From positions 120,727 to 176,542 of the forward strand of contig NMRA01000731.1 in NCBI GenBank assembly GCA_002633005.1: DNA of 55,816 bases, given 5' to 3'. The position numbers were made by a program, and so were the translations under genes. Under the pieces are notes generated by a model. The model saw nothing but the letters and a program-made list of their open reading frames with translations. It did no database searches and was not told where the DNA came from. Positions 24,127-36,800 of this stretch are shown piece after piece (positions within the stretch are counted from its first letter, which is position 1; every line of letters begins with the position of its first letter). This stretch comes from Phoronis australis. Taxonomy: Eukaryota; Animalia; Phoronida.

Positions 24127-27100
24127 GCCTGCTATCCTGGGCTCTTTAGATGCTATTTTAACCTATTGAATATGCATTTACTTTTTTGTTTCTGAGTGTT
24201 CTATGGTTGATGGATAATTTTGTTTTATAAGCTGCTGGGGCTCTATCCATGTGTTATGTAACTTTATTGACTTTGTCGTCTTTCCGGATGTTTCCATTTG
24301 ATGGATCGAGTGTTGTGAACTTTGTTGGCACTGTGATAAGTTTTGGCTCACGCTGCGCCATTGATCTCGGCATTGCATCATGGTCGACATTGCAGATTGA
24401 CTGTTTGAGCACTAGTTTTTGATGCAGTGTTGAATAGACCGTTTCCCTACTCAGTGCTCCTTGGGTCTCTAAATTTTAGGAAGTTGTTTTCATAGAAATT
24501 GTTTTCACCATCAAATGGCACCTAAGAAAGTCAGACTTTCGCATATTCTATTTTTTAAAATCTGTTTTATGTCACATGTGTTGAATGCAAAATTCATGCT
24601 TTTGGTATTATTAGTGCAACAAGAAATTCCATGAAATAACTTTAAACAATCAGCACTTTCGTTATTGTCCCGATTTGATTGTCCATGACAAGCTGGCGTG
24701 ATGGTGCATGTTGATGAAAAACTGAGGTGTAAAAATATGATGGACTGATGGTGATGTTCTGTCAGGTATACTGTTCCCTAGTTCTTAACCCGGTGGTATT
24801 TAGGTGTTATTTGTTGTGGACTGTATTTTTACCAGCCATGAATGTATAGTAGTTGCTGTTGTTGGGGCTATGGTTGCTATGTGCTGAAGTGGATATTAGG
24901 CTTAAAGCGCTATTGGCTATTCACTATAATGCAAAAAATGTTGAATGTCCAAGACATGTTTTAAACAACTAATTTCAGTTGGTAATTTTGTAAGGCTTCC
25001 AGACACCATTTTTTAATGCTTCAAATGGTTGTCTATTCTTCGTGTGCCATATATGTGAGATTGTGTGGTTATTGTTGTGTACTGAGTGCTTTTAGATATT
25101 CTAGAGATATTCTAGACCTTGGTTACAAGTTGCTGTTTCAAATTGACTGCCATTGGGGAAATTTTACAAAATACACATTTGGCAAATCATTCAGACAGTG
25201 ATAACCACTCGGGACTGTTGCCGACATCACCTACTCGTCATGTGGACCACCTAAGCGACCTAAGGTCTGCTTTAAAAGAAAGGGAAATAGGGGTGCACCG
25301 GCATTTGCAAGTTCAAATAGTGCTTCTGGAGTGGGGAGCATTTGCAAGTTAGGGTATGGGTGCTTATTGTAGCATAATTTCAAAAGTGTCTTCTTGTACA
25401 AAGATATTTCTGTTAAGTTGCTTGAAGGCATTTGCCTTGTTTGACTGGAGTTGTAGATTTGTATTAGTGTTGTAGTACAATCTCATTTCTCTGATGATTT
25501 TTAAATAATTTCTCAGTTCTGTGGAGCACGTGCACTTGATGGGAGGGGCCTAGTTGCAGTTGTACCAATGTATAGTTGGATTTTCTGAGACAAAAATTTT
25601 GTGTTTTACACAATATTCGGACGTGAAGAACGCCTTTATTTTTTGTCTAGTAGTAAACATTAATTTTTTTGTAAAAGACATTGATGGCATTGTGCCAGTT
25701 GGTTTTTGTTGTTGAAAGCATATAGTGTCACGTGGTTGGCTCATTTGCATACATGGCATTGTCCAACAATCGCAATATTCGTCGATTTACTCTGCTTAGC
25801 AACTGCCGCAGTGTATCTGTAACCGTAGTGTATTAGTGTGGCTGTGTGTAAATTCTCTGTCAAACTCCGTTCAAACCCTATTAGTTAAGAAGGTATTCCA
25901 GCTTTCGTTCGCGTTGCTTTACGGGTGATTGATTTGCTCATAGATGGCTGGATTCTTCCTTGGGGGTACTGGATTATATTTTTACGGGGAAATTAGGATA
26001 CTCACCAATTCAAAGAGTGCTCTCGATAAAGGTCACGTGTGCAGGGAGCTCCCGTGATAAGGTCAGCCTTTCGTCACGGTAATTGCTTCGTTCCAAAAAA
26101 AAACAGGATCCTTTTATAGGACCGGCTTAATTCCATACATTACTGTTTAATAGGAATTCTTGGAAATCTACACTTTTAGACTACTAAGCCTGGAACAATA
26201 CAAGAAGATGCCATGTTGTCGGATATTAGTACATATCTTGGCAAATGAAGTCTTAAAAATATAAATAATATTGTAAGCACCTCTGTTTGTGTTCGTAGTC
26301 GGAAAAGGGATCCTTTTGTAGACTTTCGAACTTCATTAGTTGTAGGGAATTAAATTGAAAGGCTCCCTTTCGTAGGGAATTTTGTTGGAACGGCACAATT
26401 TCGGTGAAGAATTGGTCGTAAAAGTCACTCGTCTCAATGAGCGGCATCCGGTATACTTCTTTGGGAGTACTCCCAGGAAATTCTTTTGTAAGTTAGTATT
26501 TTTAAGTTGATAAGGATTTTTTGCCGCATAAAGTTACTTTGAGTATAGATGTGTGCCATGCGCTTTGTCGATAAGTGTTTGTAGGGTATTGGTCTTTGGA
26601 CATATCCTTTGTGAGGGTCGTTTTGTGGTTATTAAATGTAGCATGCCTTTGACTATTGTCGAACCAAGTACGTGCCATCTATCTTAGTGAATGTGTTGTA
26701 TAATATTAATTGATATCTTGTGTAATATTAGCTGATACAATTGATGTTTAGAGAGTGAACTTTACTTTTTGAAATTTTTGCCTTAATGCTGTTTGCTACC
26801 AACTAAGGAAAGTAGAAAATGCTCGTATCAATTTTAACTGCACCTACTGCATTGATTCACATTTCATTGTCTTTTACTTTTGGTGATCCATGTACGAGGT
26901 TGTGAAATTTTTATTCAGAAATATTATTACCACCAGTATGTATGTTCATAGTTTGGTAGTTTCCGTAGCGGATCGCCGTGCTTAGATTTATACTTGGAAT
27001 CTGCAATAACCGCAATATTAGAAATTAGCAGTTGTTTCTCCATGCGGAAATTGTGCGCTGTTATTCCTTGCAGTATTTCAGAACTATTACCTTTCGACGA

Positions 27101-27217
27101 ATCATTTCGTCGTTATCTTCCACTGCTCCCAGGCAGTCTAAACAATGGGAATTATACTGTGCAATTAATGTGTTTATTGCATATTTTTGAGGGCTGTAGT
27201 GTTCGCTATATCTGATG

Positions 27218-27223
27218 AATAAA
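27218..27223 (+). terminator. Candidate polyadenylation signal of BCL11 (implies a ~3.1-kb 3' UTR)
   Basis: AATAAA after a long T/G-rich stretch, followed by a T-rich downstream element. Confidence 0.5.
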
Positions 27224-28209
27224 GAGTTTCAAGATTTCTCTCGCATGTACTTTCGTTTTTCTGAGATGCGCATTGGCCGTCTATAAGGATTAATGAAAGA
27301 TTTTAATCACAAACTGAACCATGCTATTAAATTTCCTGGAAGGTGATTTTAAAGTTACCGTGGGTGAATGTTTAATGATATTTATTTCATTTAATTTTGT
27401 TAAAATCTCCATGAAACGCATTTAACGCAAGTTAGTTCAGTCGAAACTTGAGCCCAAATAATGGTCCTTGAACACAACTTCGCCGGGATATTTTCACGCT
27501 TAGCTGAGTTTAACATGATTTTTGTCCAATACTTTATTTTTGGTGGTGCACCACCACCTAAAATGGATGCCTTGGTGAGTGACTGCTGGATACTGACTCA
27601 ACTGCCGTCATATGTAATGTTTCCGTGGAAACCTCGCCCACTTAAAAAATAAATAGTAAAATAAGGCAAACACAAACGGGGCTGTGTTCTAATTGGTGAA
27701 TGCAGGTTATATTTAAAGTTGCATTACTCCCTGTTCATTTAGCTAAGAACGAAAATCGAATTGTAGACCTTTTACTCTCTCAAAACTGGTCTCGTGATAT
27801 TCCTTATCCTAATAGGAATCCAGCTCGTTACCAACTGAATCGCAGCCATGCGTGGTCATTTTCGACCTCCCCATTTTAGAGTTGGCCAATTCCAATAAAG
27901 TTTGGAGCGTTTTATCGAGTCGCTGGAGGTTTAGTGAGATGTTCCTATTGGTGAGGGGAAGAGAATCCTGCCATGGTAGGGTGTAGTATGATACCGACTT
28001 TATTAAAGTAAAAGACCTAATTCAGTTTTTGTTTTTATATAGCCAGCTAAATGAGGGTGAGGTGCAGCTTCAATGTATCTCAAATTAGAATATGCTGAGA
28101 ACACTAACGCAAATTCTCAGGGGCCCGGCATATGCATAGTGTAACGTATAAACGATGGTCAAATGCGTTTCATTTAATTCTCAAATCATACCTGATTATG
28201 TAGCCTACA

Positions 28210-29400
28210 TTCGCCTTTTTCACACTTAGCGGCAGAGTGCGGGCGATTGTCTGACAGATGCTTCACATACAAGTGTTTGTTTTCAAGTACTCCGCGCGTA
28301 CCGGCGCAGAGTCTTGATATTCTCGGGTTTTTTTACCTTTTCCCAACGTTCCTTTCCGAGCTTTTATAAAGCTTAATAACTCTCAAACGACTCAACATAG
28401 AAACTTTCAAAGTATGTTTGAGCCATCCACAAATTTTATAAAACACATTTTTCACTCATGATACACCGGAAGGGGTCATTATGTGCAAGGTCATCTGATT
28501 TTTAAAACGTTATTTCTCTTAAAGTTTTCAAGGAATTCTTATCAAATTCAGTGTGCAGGTGTAAGTTTACAAGCCATTGAAAGGCATTTCTTGTCTAAGT
28601 AATCGGCTATCCAATCAAATTAATTAGGTCAATGGTCATTGAATGCAAACTAAGATTTTGATCTAGACACTTCAAATTCACAAATCTCATTGGTACTTGT
28701 AATTGAGTTCTAATTCCGAAGCTTTAGGTCATTTGGAGCAACCATGGAGTCACTAAGCACATTTTCTTCTGAAATTTTGACCATTTTATTCAACATGCAT
28801 TCTGATGTGTCAACAGTTAGACAACTGTGATTGTCAGCATTAACCACACTTTGCAATAATTCCATTACAAAGGTTTATAATGCACCGGAATAATTCCATT
28901 ACAAAGGCTTATAATGCACCGGAAAGGGTCAATTGGTGCAAAGTCATTTAATTTTCAAAATGTTATTTCTCCTACATTTCTCAAAGAATTCTCTTCACTT
29001 TCAGCATACAAATGTAAATGCCAATCAAATAAACAAATTCCTGAGCAAGATCAGACCATCCAATCAGATAAAATAATGTCAAAGGTCATTCAGCGAGTAC
29101 AAACTTTAAATTTGTACTAGACACTTCCGATTTACATATGGGATTGATGTAACTGAGTTCCAATTCCAAACTTTGGTGCAACCATGGGTTTATTAAGTGC
29201 ATTTTCCTTCTGAAAATTTAATCTTTTAGTTTTCATTCAACATGTTAGATGACTGTGATTCTCGATATGAACCACACTTTTCTGGGACTTTACCAGAACT
29301 CCACTATAAGGGCTCACAATGCAGCGGAAAGGGTTAATTGTGGCAAAGGTCACCTAATTTTTGAAATGTTATTTCTCCTACATTTTAAGGAATTATTTCC
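28210..29400. mobile_element. Degenerate array of ~430-bp units, possibly a Helentron-associated (HINE-like) non-autonomous element
   Basis: Units begin CA(C/G)CGGAA(G/A)GGGT at about 28464, 28917 and 29322 and share AAGGTCA/GTTATTTCTC and CTAGACACTTC blocks. A 34-bp direct duplication lies at about 28857-28924. Family assignment is inference. Confidence 0.45.
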
Positions 29401-32060
29401 GGTTTCAATGTACAGGGTGACTCGGTCAGTCAGTGTTCTTCGGAGACAGAACAATGCTCTCCGTTCCTTCGTGTTTCAAAATCGAGTTTTGGAACTATTT
29501 GTGAAACCCGCACCTTGCAAAGAAATTGATTTTCGACTCTGTCATTGGTTTTTTGTTGTTTCGAAAGCCCACAAAACTCATTTAATATTTAGCTTTAAGA
29601 CAACGTTGAAACGTGAACCGTGTACCGACTTTCCGTGAAAATGACACTGCATGTCTGCTGCACCTAGCTACTAGTAAATTGGGGAATGCGAGTAGATGGC
29701 ATTGACGTATTTGAGTGTCGGTATCAAGGGGCCCAGGTGTCGTGTTGCCCTGGGGACCGCTTTTTCTCTCAGTGACGAACATTGACACCGACAATCAAAC
29801 TTTTGAGTGCCAAGCGGCTTTTATTTTGCAAAGAACAATTAGGGCCTCGGATATAGTTGCAACTTCGTCACGGTGAATTTTTTCGAGCCACTGATGGTTA
29901 TGCAGATTTGAATACATCGTTGTACAATCGGAGTTTTCGGCCCAATTGTTAATAGGAAGGCTATGCTGAGCGCTTCTATCAACAATATAGAGTACTAAAG
30001 ATAACGCCACCTAATTACATTTGCTCAGCGAAATCCCGCGAGTTTAAATATTGCTTTCTAGTCTACTATGCCAACAGTTAAACATCTGTGATTCGGCATC
30101 ATCCCGTACATTTTTATTTTCTTATATAGTTTTGCTACGCCACCGGAAAGGTTGTAAACTTTCCAAAAAGTCTCACTCCAGCTGAGTCATTATTGTCACT
30201 GGCATTGTTTCTAAGTCTATGTTATAATTTTGAGAGGAATTCGACATAAACTGGGAGATATGCTGGTGTGTTTTAGATGATAAAACAAGCGTGGGAGAAG
30301 ATCAGAGAGAAAATCTTATTTAATTCCCTTGACCCAGGTGGTGTCAACCATACATTTAGTTTATTTTGATCACATTATTCACGATTTTCTTTGCGTTTTT
30401 GCTCGCAATACATTGCATGACACGTTAGCGGATATTCAATCCACGGCGCGTTTTATTCGAGTCCAATTCACTTGCAATTTGAGAAGGGTGTGCTAGGCTT
30501 TGTAAATTTTAAATGTGACAAAAATACGACACTAATCTATAACAGAATAAAGCCTGTGGAAATTGGCGACGCCGGAACAAACAGAAAAAATCGATTCTAC
30601 TGTCTGGACACTTCTATTGTGTAGTTTATTTGTCCAAGCGAGGAAAGTTTTAAAAATAGTGCGAGAGTGAGCTTATAGAGGTGTACAATGATCGTCGCTT
30701 ACCGGGGAAGAGGGGTCATTCAAGGTGCGTGGGCGTTGAGTACGTGCCGCTGAAATGAACTCATTGGTCATTAATTTGCCAACTACACATACATTCAGAC
30801 TTGTGTACGTGTCCGGTCGCACATATGCCCGTTTTTTACTGCGGGCTATAAATATTGATGTCTAATATCCAGTCTCACAATATCCTTCACTGGGCAAATT
30901 TACATATCATTATAACACAATATTCGGTTCTTCAATTTCACACCAGTCAACGAAAGACCAAGGCTTGTTGCCACAAAAAGAAGGTAGACACGATAGATCA
31001 CTGAAACATTGCCTTCGAAATTAAGCGGCTAATTATTTTGGTAGCAAGACAAAAAAATTCATGCTGTGACTACATTGCCCATGAAAAAAATAGCGATAAC
31101 AGACTCTTTAAAACACGACTTATTGATTAAAAAACGGGAATTTTGGACACTCATGTCTTCGTATTTGAAAATAGCTCAGGGCCAGCGTAGAGGAATAGCT
31201 ACGCGCCTCGAATGCAAATAAGTAGTTCATCTCAGAGCTCATCTCCCAAAACGGGAGGATTTTTTGCCTCAAGACGCAGTGAGAAGAATCCCTCACATTT
31301 TGGGCTTCATTCGAATGTAAATTCTAACATCATGCGGGCGAGGTGAGCAATGGTTGACGGATTACCTCGGTAGCCAATGAAACTTCATTATTGCATCACC
31401 TGTCTGAAAATCTCGATGGCTTATTCTAATCCGGGTAGGGGGAACTCTCGAACCTCGAAGACCTGCCACTGTAATTGGTAGTTTGTAATGTTCACCTTAT
31501 TCGTGTACTTTGTTTCACTGATGATGTTTTAAGTCACAACGAAACGTTTTACATCAGTTAATATCACATTGATTAATGCAAAAACACTCAATCTATTAAT
31601 TTTGTTCTTTGGTGTAAATAAACAATGGGATCTCCACTTGTCGTTATGCAATGTTTACATGTTTACAGGGTGACCCAAAAAACCCGAATCCATGAAAATT
31701 TAAAAGAACCCAACACTAATTCAGTTGAGTATACTTGAACGGTGCATAGTCTTCACGTTCAGGAAACACAATACAACCAATATCATGTATTTATTAGTAG
31801 GGCCTACATTCCTACATTCAATGCAAATAATCTCAAATTGTTGCAATGCAATTAAAGTGACATGTGTTCAACAAAATTCTCCACTTATCCAACAGTCAAG
31901 ATCTTAACAACTAAGATGTCGACTTTTTGAGCAGCCGCATCAATTCTCCCTATCACAAGGTGGTCAAGCCCTCACCGCCATTCCAAGGCATGCGTTCCGT
32001 GAGACGAGAATCTTGTAAAAACGCGACTACGCAAAATATCGCCAAGCGAAGCATGCGATC

Positions 32061-32187
32061 AAACTTCCTTAGCAAGAGTCTTGCGTATACGAAACTCAGC
32101 CCTGACCAGTTTGGTTTTATTTGTAAACTTCCTTAGCGAGAGTCTTGCGCATACGAAACTCAGTCCTGACCAGTTTGGTTTTATTTG
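32061..32187. repeat. Tandem duplication, 2 x 64 bp
   Basis: AAACTTCCTTAGC.AGAGTCTTGCG.ATACGAAACTCAG.CCTGACCAGTTTGGTTTTATTTGT occurs twice. Confidence 0.9.
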
Positions 32188-33223
32188 TCTGGACGGCCTT
32201 GGATGGGAACAGTCAAAACATCACACACAGCCAATACACATTGGTTGAGCTAGAGAACTGAACCGAAATGATGTAACTATTTTCCGTCAGGTGTTCGGAA
32301 ACTAAATGCAACACTGGGTTGGCTATCTTTTTGACGCCCAACGAACAAAGGAGAATAGCCCATGGAAAAACACCAAATGATGTGTGTTCAGTCATTCAGC
32401 CATGTTCATAAATATTGGGCCAAAAAAGCTTAGTCTGTTCCAGTCTATTTTCTTTTGAAAATCGTGGGAGTGGTGTAGTACTTTACCTTTTTAAGGTATT
32501 TTTTTGACGAAAAATATAATGGACAATAGTTGGAGTTCAGCCCAGAAAGATCTTTTAAAAAATAGAGGTATGAAATGAATATTCTTTTTTCACTGGTGCA
32601 GATGGAACTGAGAAACAAGCATGAGTCAAATCTCACAAATCAAAACGGACATGTCTTATTGTCTCTAAATATCTTTTCCACTTTACCAAGGGTCCACCTT
32701 TATACCCTCTTAGGATATTAAAGTATCCAATGTATCCATTATCAGATTGATCTGGAATCCAGTAGGTAATTATTCTGAGAACCTGGAATTGACCAGGAGG
32801 CAGTACAAACAAAACAGGCGTGCTTTCCAAAGTAGCAAAAATGCAAGATTACCAAGACTTTACAAGATATTGCCATGAATTACAAGAAAAGCATATGATC
32901 ACACTAGCTTCCGTCGCGAGATTCTTGTGTCTACAGAACTCAGCCCAGATTGTTTCAAGCACAGTGTACGTCAGCAATGTTCATGATTCCATATCACTAA
33001 GACAAATAACAGAGAAATCCGGTTTCCAAATCAGCTTGCATAAGTCTGAATTAAACCTTTAAGTTACATTCAAGGCCACGGGATAGAGTGCACGCTACAC
33101 CACATCTGGATACAGCCGGGCAATAGCCTGTCACGTTGGCATGATAACCGAAATGGCTGATGTCAGTTAACGCAAGAGAGTTGGCGAAGAAATGTGAGGT
33201 AAATCTTTTAACGTGTGACACAC

Positions 33224-33371
33224 TAAACTAGACCTGTTTTTATATAGAAGAGTTAACAACCTCGGTTGCTGCAGGAAGTAAGTAGTTTCACTTGGCCTTA
33301 GGTGACATGAGAATACTCAGTGCAGCAACCTCGGCTATTAACATCACCCACATAAAACATGGGTAGTTTAA
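33224..33371. repeat. Degenerate fold-back (MITE-like) just downstream of the CLASRP poly(A) signal
   Basis: TAAACTA..TGTTTT...GTTAA...GGTTGCTGCA is mirrored by TGCAGCAACC...TTAAC...AAAACA..TAGTTTA. Confidence 0.55.
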
Positions 33372-33377
33372 CATGTA

Positions 33378-33383
33378 TTTATT
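33378..33383 (-). terminator. Candidate polyadenylation signal of CLASRP
   Basis: AATAAA on the minus strand about 365 nt after the stop codon. Confidence 0.45.
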
Positions 33384-33748
33384 TCCAACAAAGCACTGCA
33401 GAAAACAGCATAACATTTAGAAATGTGCACTTAAATGAAATTTTTCAAGTTGACATGAATGGATGAAGAGAACATACGAGAGCTTTTGAAGATGTACCAC
33501 ACGGTATCATCCCTAACTCTACACTACGGATCCCAATAACATTATCCATACAAACTTGAACATTCACTACAAAGTCGTCAATCGTGCTGACTTTGCTACA
33601 AAACACAGCTTACACAATTCCTTTATCCAAATTCATGCTTGAACACAATTAGATGATGCCCAGCTGTCCGCATACCTCCATCGGAAGTCTCGACCAACAT
33701 GCTCTGCGCATTCAGATTTACAGAAAAAATGTACAAGAATAGGTCTGT

Positions 33749-33845
33749 TCAGTAGTTGACTAATTTAGGTCTTTGTCGGCTCCGTGAGCGCGACCTTGAA
33801 CGCCGGGAACGTGACCTTGACTTTGATCTTGATCTCGACCTTGAC
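33749..33845 (-). CDS. CLASRP: CLASRP coding exon 18 (last)
   Basis: ctgtag|G; SRSRSRSKSRSRSRRSRSRSRSRQRPKLVNY*. Confidence 0.85.
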
Positions 33846-36800
33846 CTACAGAGAAAAATGCATTGCCGTACACACAAAAATATACAATTGTCAGGTATCT
33901 AGCACAGAACCATAACAAGAGAACTGCAACACATGTACGTGACTTATGACAAATTTTGTGAGACTCCCAGTGATAACCTAGGACGTAATCAGTGTTTCAG
34001 TGTAGCCAATCATTTTTTGGAATGGAACTAATGCCAACTGAGATTATGTAGGACTTTATCGGCAAGACTGCGGATTCAGTCAAATATCAACAAAATTATA
34101 GATTTTAACTCGGTAAAAGTAAATATTTTCTGAAAGTAGAAAGCTTGTAGAATTAGATTCTTGATTTTCACCACAAAATGTACTTTTCATAAATTAAACT
34201 AGATATCTAAGCATCAATATGGTGACTAAGACTCTTGAACTGATGTCTCCAGCACACACCTACTACAATTCCGTCACACACAACTAAGTGGCAGCACGAG
34301 TCATAGTTTCTACAATGACCTTGTTACCGATTGACAAACCAATGCAAGCACATGAAAGAGAACAAACGTATGCGATAATAGTTCTTCTTGGCATTTATTG
34401 GCTAGAAATACAGTTTTCAATCAGCTGCTACTGAACAATTTCCCACAATTCATTGTCAGTGAATATTTCTCACACTGCCTATAAAACGAACAATGACTAA
34501 TAGCCTAATTGCATCTAGAAAGTCCCGTGTTGAAATAATAATCAAATTAACTCACCTCCTTCGCCTACTGTAATTTCTCGGTGACCTTGAACGCGACCGA
34601 CTGCGGTTTGATGACCTTTCCTTTTCCTTCTCAGAACTGCGGTCACGCGATCTTCTGACACTTTTAGAGTACTCGCTCCTAGAAAGAGGAAATTCAATAC
34701 AAACATTCAGACAAAGGGGTAGTGTGATCATTTCAATCAATTATAACCAACCTGAACAAAAATTTGTTCGTGATACAACAGAATTCGCATAAGTCAGAAG
34801 CGCACAAATTGCACCTTCGCTGTAAACTCACCTTCTGTCAAAAAACGTTGCACTTTATAAAACTAGTCTTAACTTGATCCACACTCATTAGAGGTGATTT
34901 CTTCCGTTATTGTGAATATTTTAAAGTTGGATATAGTTTGAGATGCGGTTCTATTAGTTGACTTGTCATGACGTGTCATGTTACGTTGACGTGTCATGTT
35001 ACGTTGACGTGTCATGTTACGTGTAGAGCACAACCTTAAGCACTCCCCATCTGTCAGTTCCACCCTAGCTCAGAAATCATTCCTCATAGGAGTAGGGAAC
35101 AGGTTGATACTAATTTTATAGCACCGAGTTGTCTAAATGAAAGATGAAATCATTCCTCATAGGAGTAGGGAACAAGGTGATACTAATTTTATAGCACTGA
35201 GTTGTCTAAATGAAAGATGAGTGCATTTGATTCTGGTCCGAATGAGCCTGAATTGAGAAGTTTTACTGTATTTCAAATATGTGGTGTGCTCAAGAAGCAA
35301 AACTTAATTCGTTATGAACTGTCAACTGAAACAGTCCAACTCCAGTCTCGTCCTTACTTAACCAGCATTCTACCCACTTCAAACTACAAACACAACACAC
35401 CCAGCACAGCATATCTTTGGTTGACAAAATTATGTGCCAACATCATTTCAAAACTAAAAAATTATCCGACTTCCAAGTAAAATTGGGAACTAGCATTGGC
35501 AGCAATGAAATAAAGTTGGCAGATAAAACTTGTTTTTTCTGGTTACAAGCACAAGGGGATCCGGCACTCAATCTGACTATTCATTCTTTCTGCAGTTGCC
35601 ATGGTTACCTTTCTCGCTCATATTCCTCCAATCGTTTCTCTCGTTCCTTACGCCTCATCTCTATGGCTCGATTTCTCAACTCGTCTTCTCTCATCTAAAC
35701 AAAGAGATTGAGATCGATACTAGAATTGCATGCGAGGCAAAAACCTCAACAGTTTTGCAGTGACAAAAAAGGTTGATGAAGCCTTTTTGCCAAACAGATG
35801 TGCTGTCTGCGAAGTGGTCATTTTCTCTTGTAGCTAAGTTTTCTCACCACCCGCATCATCAGTGCAATAGTTAACAGGAATGCTAAGTGAGTACGCTGCT
35901 TAGCAGACTTGGGGAAACTCAAACTGACATTAAAACACCAGAGAGAATGACCCTTGCAACACTAACGGTATTTTCACTCCTAGTGACGGTGCTGGCAAAA
36001 ACACACACCAAGTCTGTCTATTAAAATGTTCATTCACCGAAGATAAATATCTCACCAACAGCCAGTGTATTTTCCTTCAACCTACATAGAAGTTTTTCCC
36101 CCTCAGTCGTGGCACGCTGTTAGGTGCTTATCTAGTGATGCAACAGTCGAAACACAAAATGTCTATAAGCGCTGAGAGGCCCCAAGCACCAACTACCACC
36201 CTCATCCAATGTTCACATGTGGAACCATTTTTTCATACAACCAACAGTCAATCGCTAACATAGTTCAGTCAATGATTCATAACTCCCAACCCCAAAATTC
36301 ACATTTAATCTGGAAAGGTATCAGCTGACATCAATTACACTGCAGCAAACAGTCTACTTCAACAGCTAGTGCTTTTAACATCCAAATTTCATGGGCCGAT
36401 TTTGGACATTAGCTGTGCGTCAAAAATGTCCCTCAGCAATGACACATCATCAGCGTCCATGAATTTCAGTTGAAATGTTTCCTATCAGCATGCATGCTAT
36501 AAATTAGCTGCAATCAACTGGTGTACCAAACGTCAATTTCAAAGCCCACAACCGAGGCTGGCCACGAGAGTCCTTCACCTACCAGCTGCTCCTGTTGCAT
36601 CTTCTCTTGTTTCGTCTTCTCCGCAATTTTGTCAGCTTTAACTGGAAGACAAGACAGAGGAAGTGCTACGGTGAACTGGCAAATTACGTCTACCGTTCAC
36701 TGAGAGGCGGTTGATGAAGGCACATTCAAGTGGGCAGAAACCGCGCTTAATTGTGCCTCAGATTCTAACAGGGTAAAAATAATCCAACGAAGTACAATGC

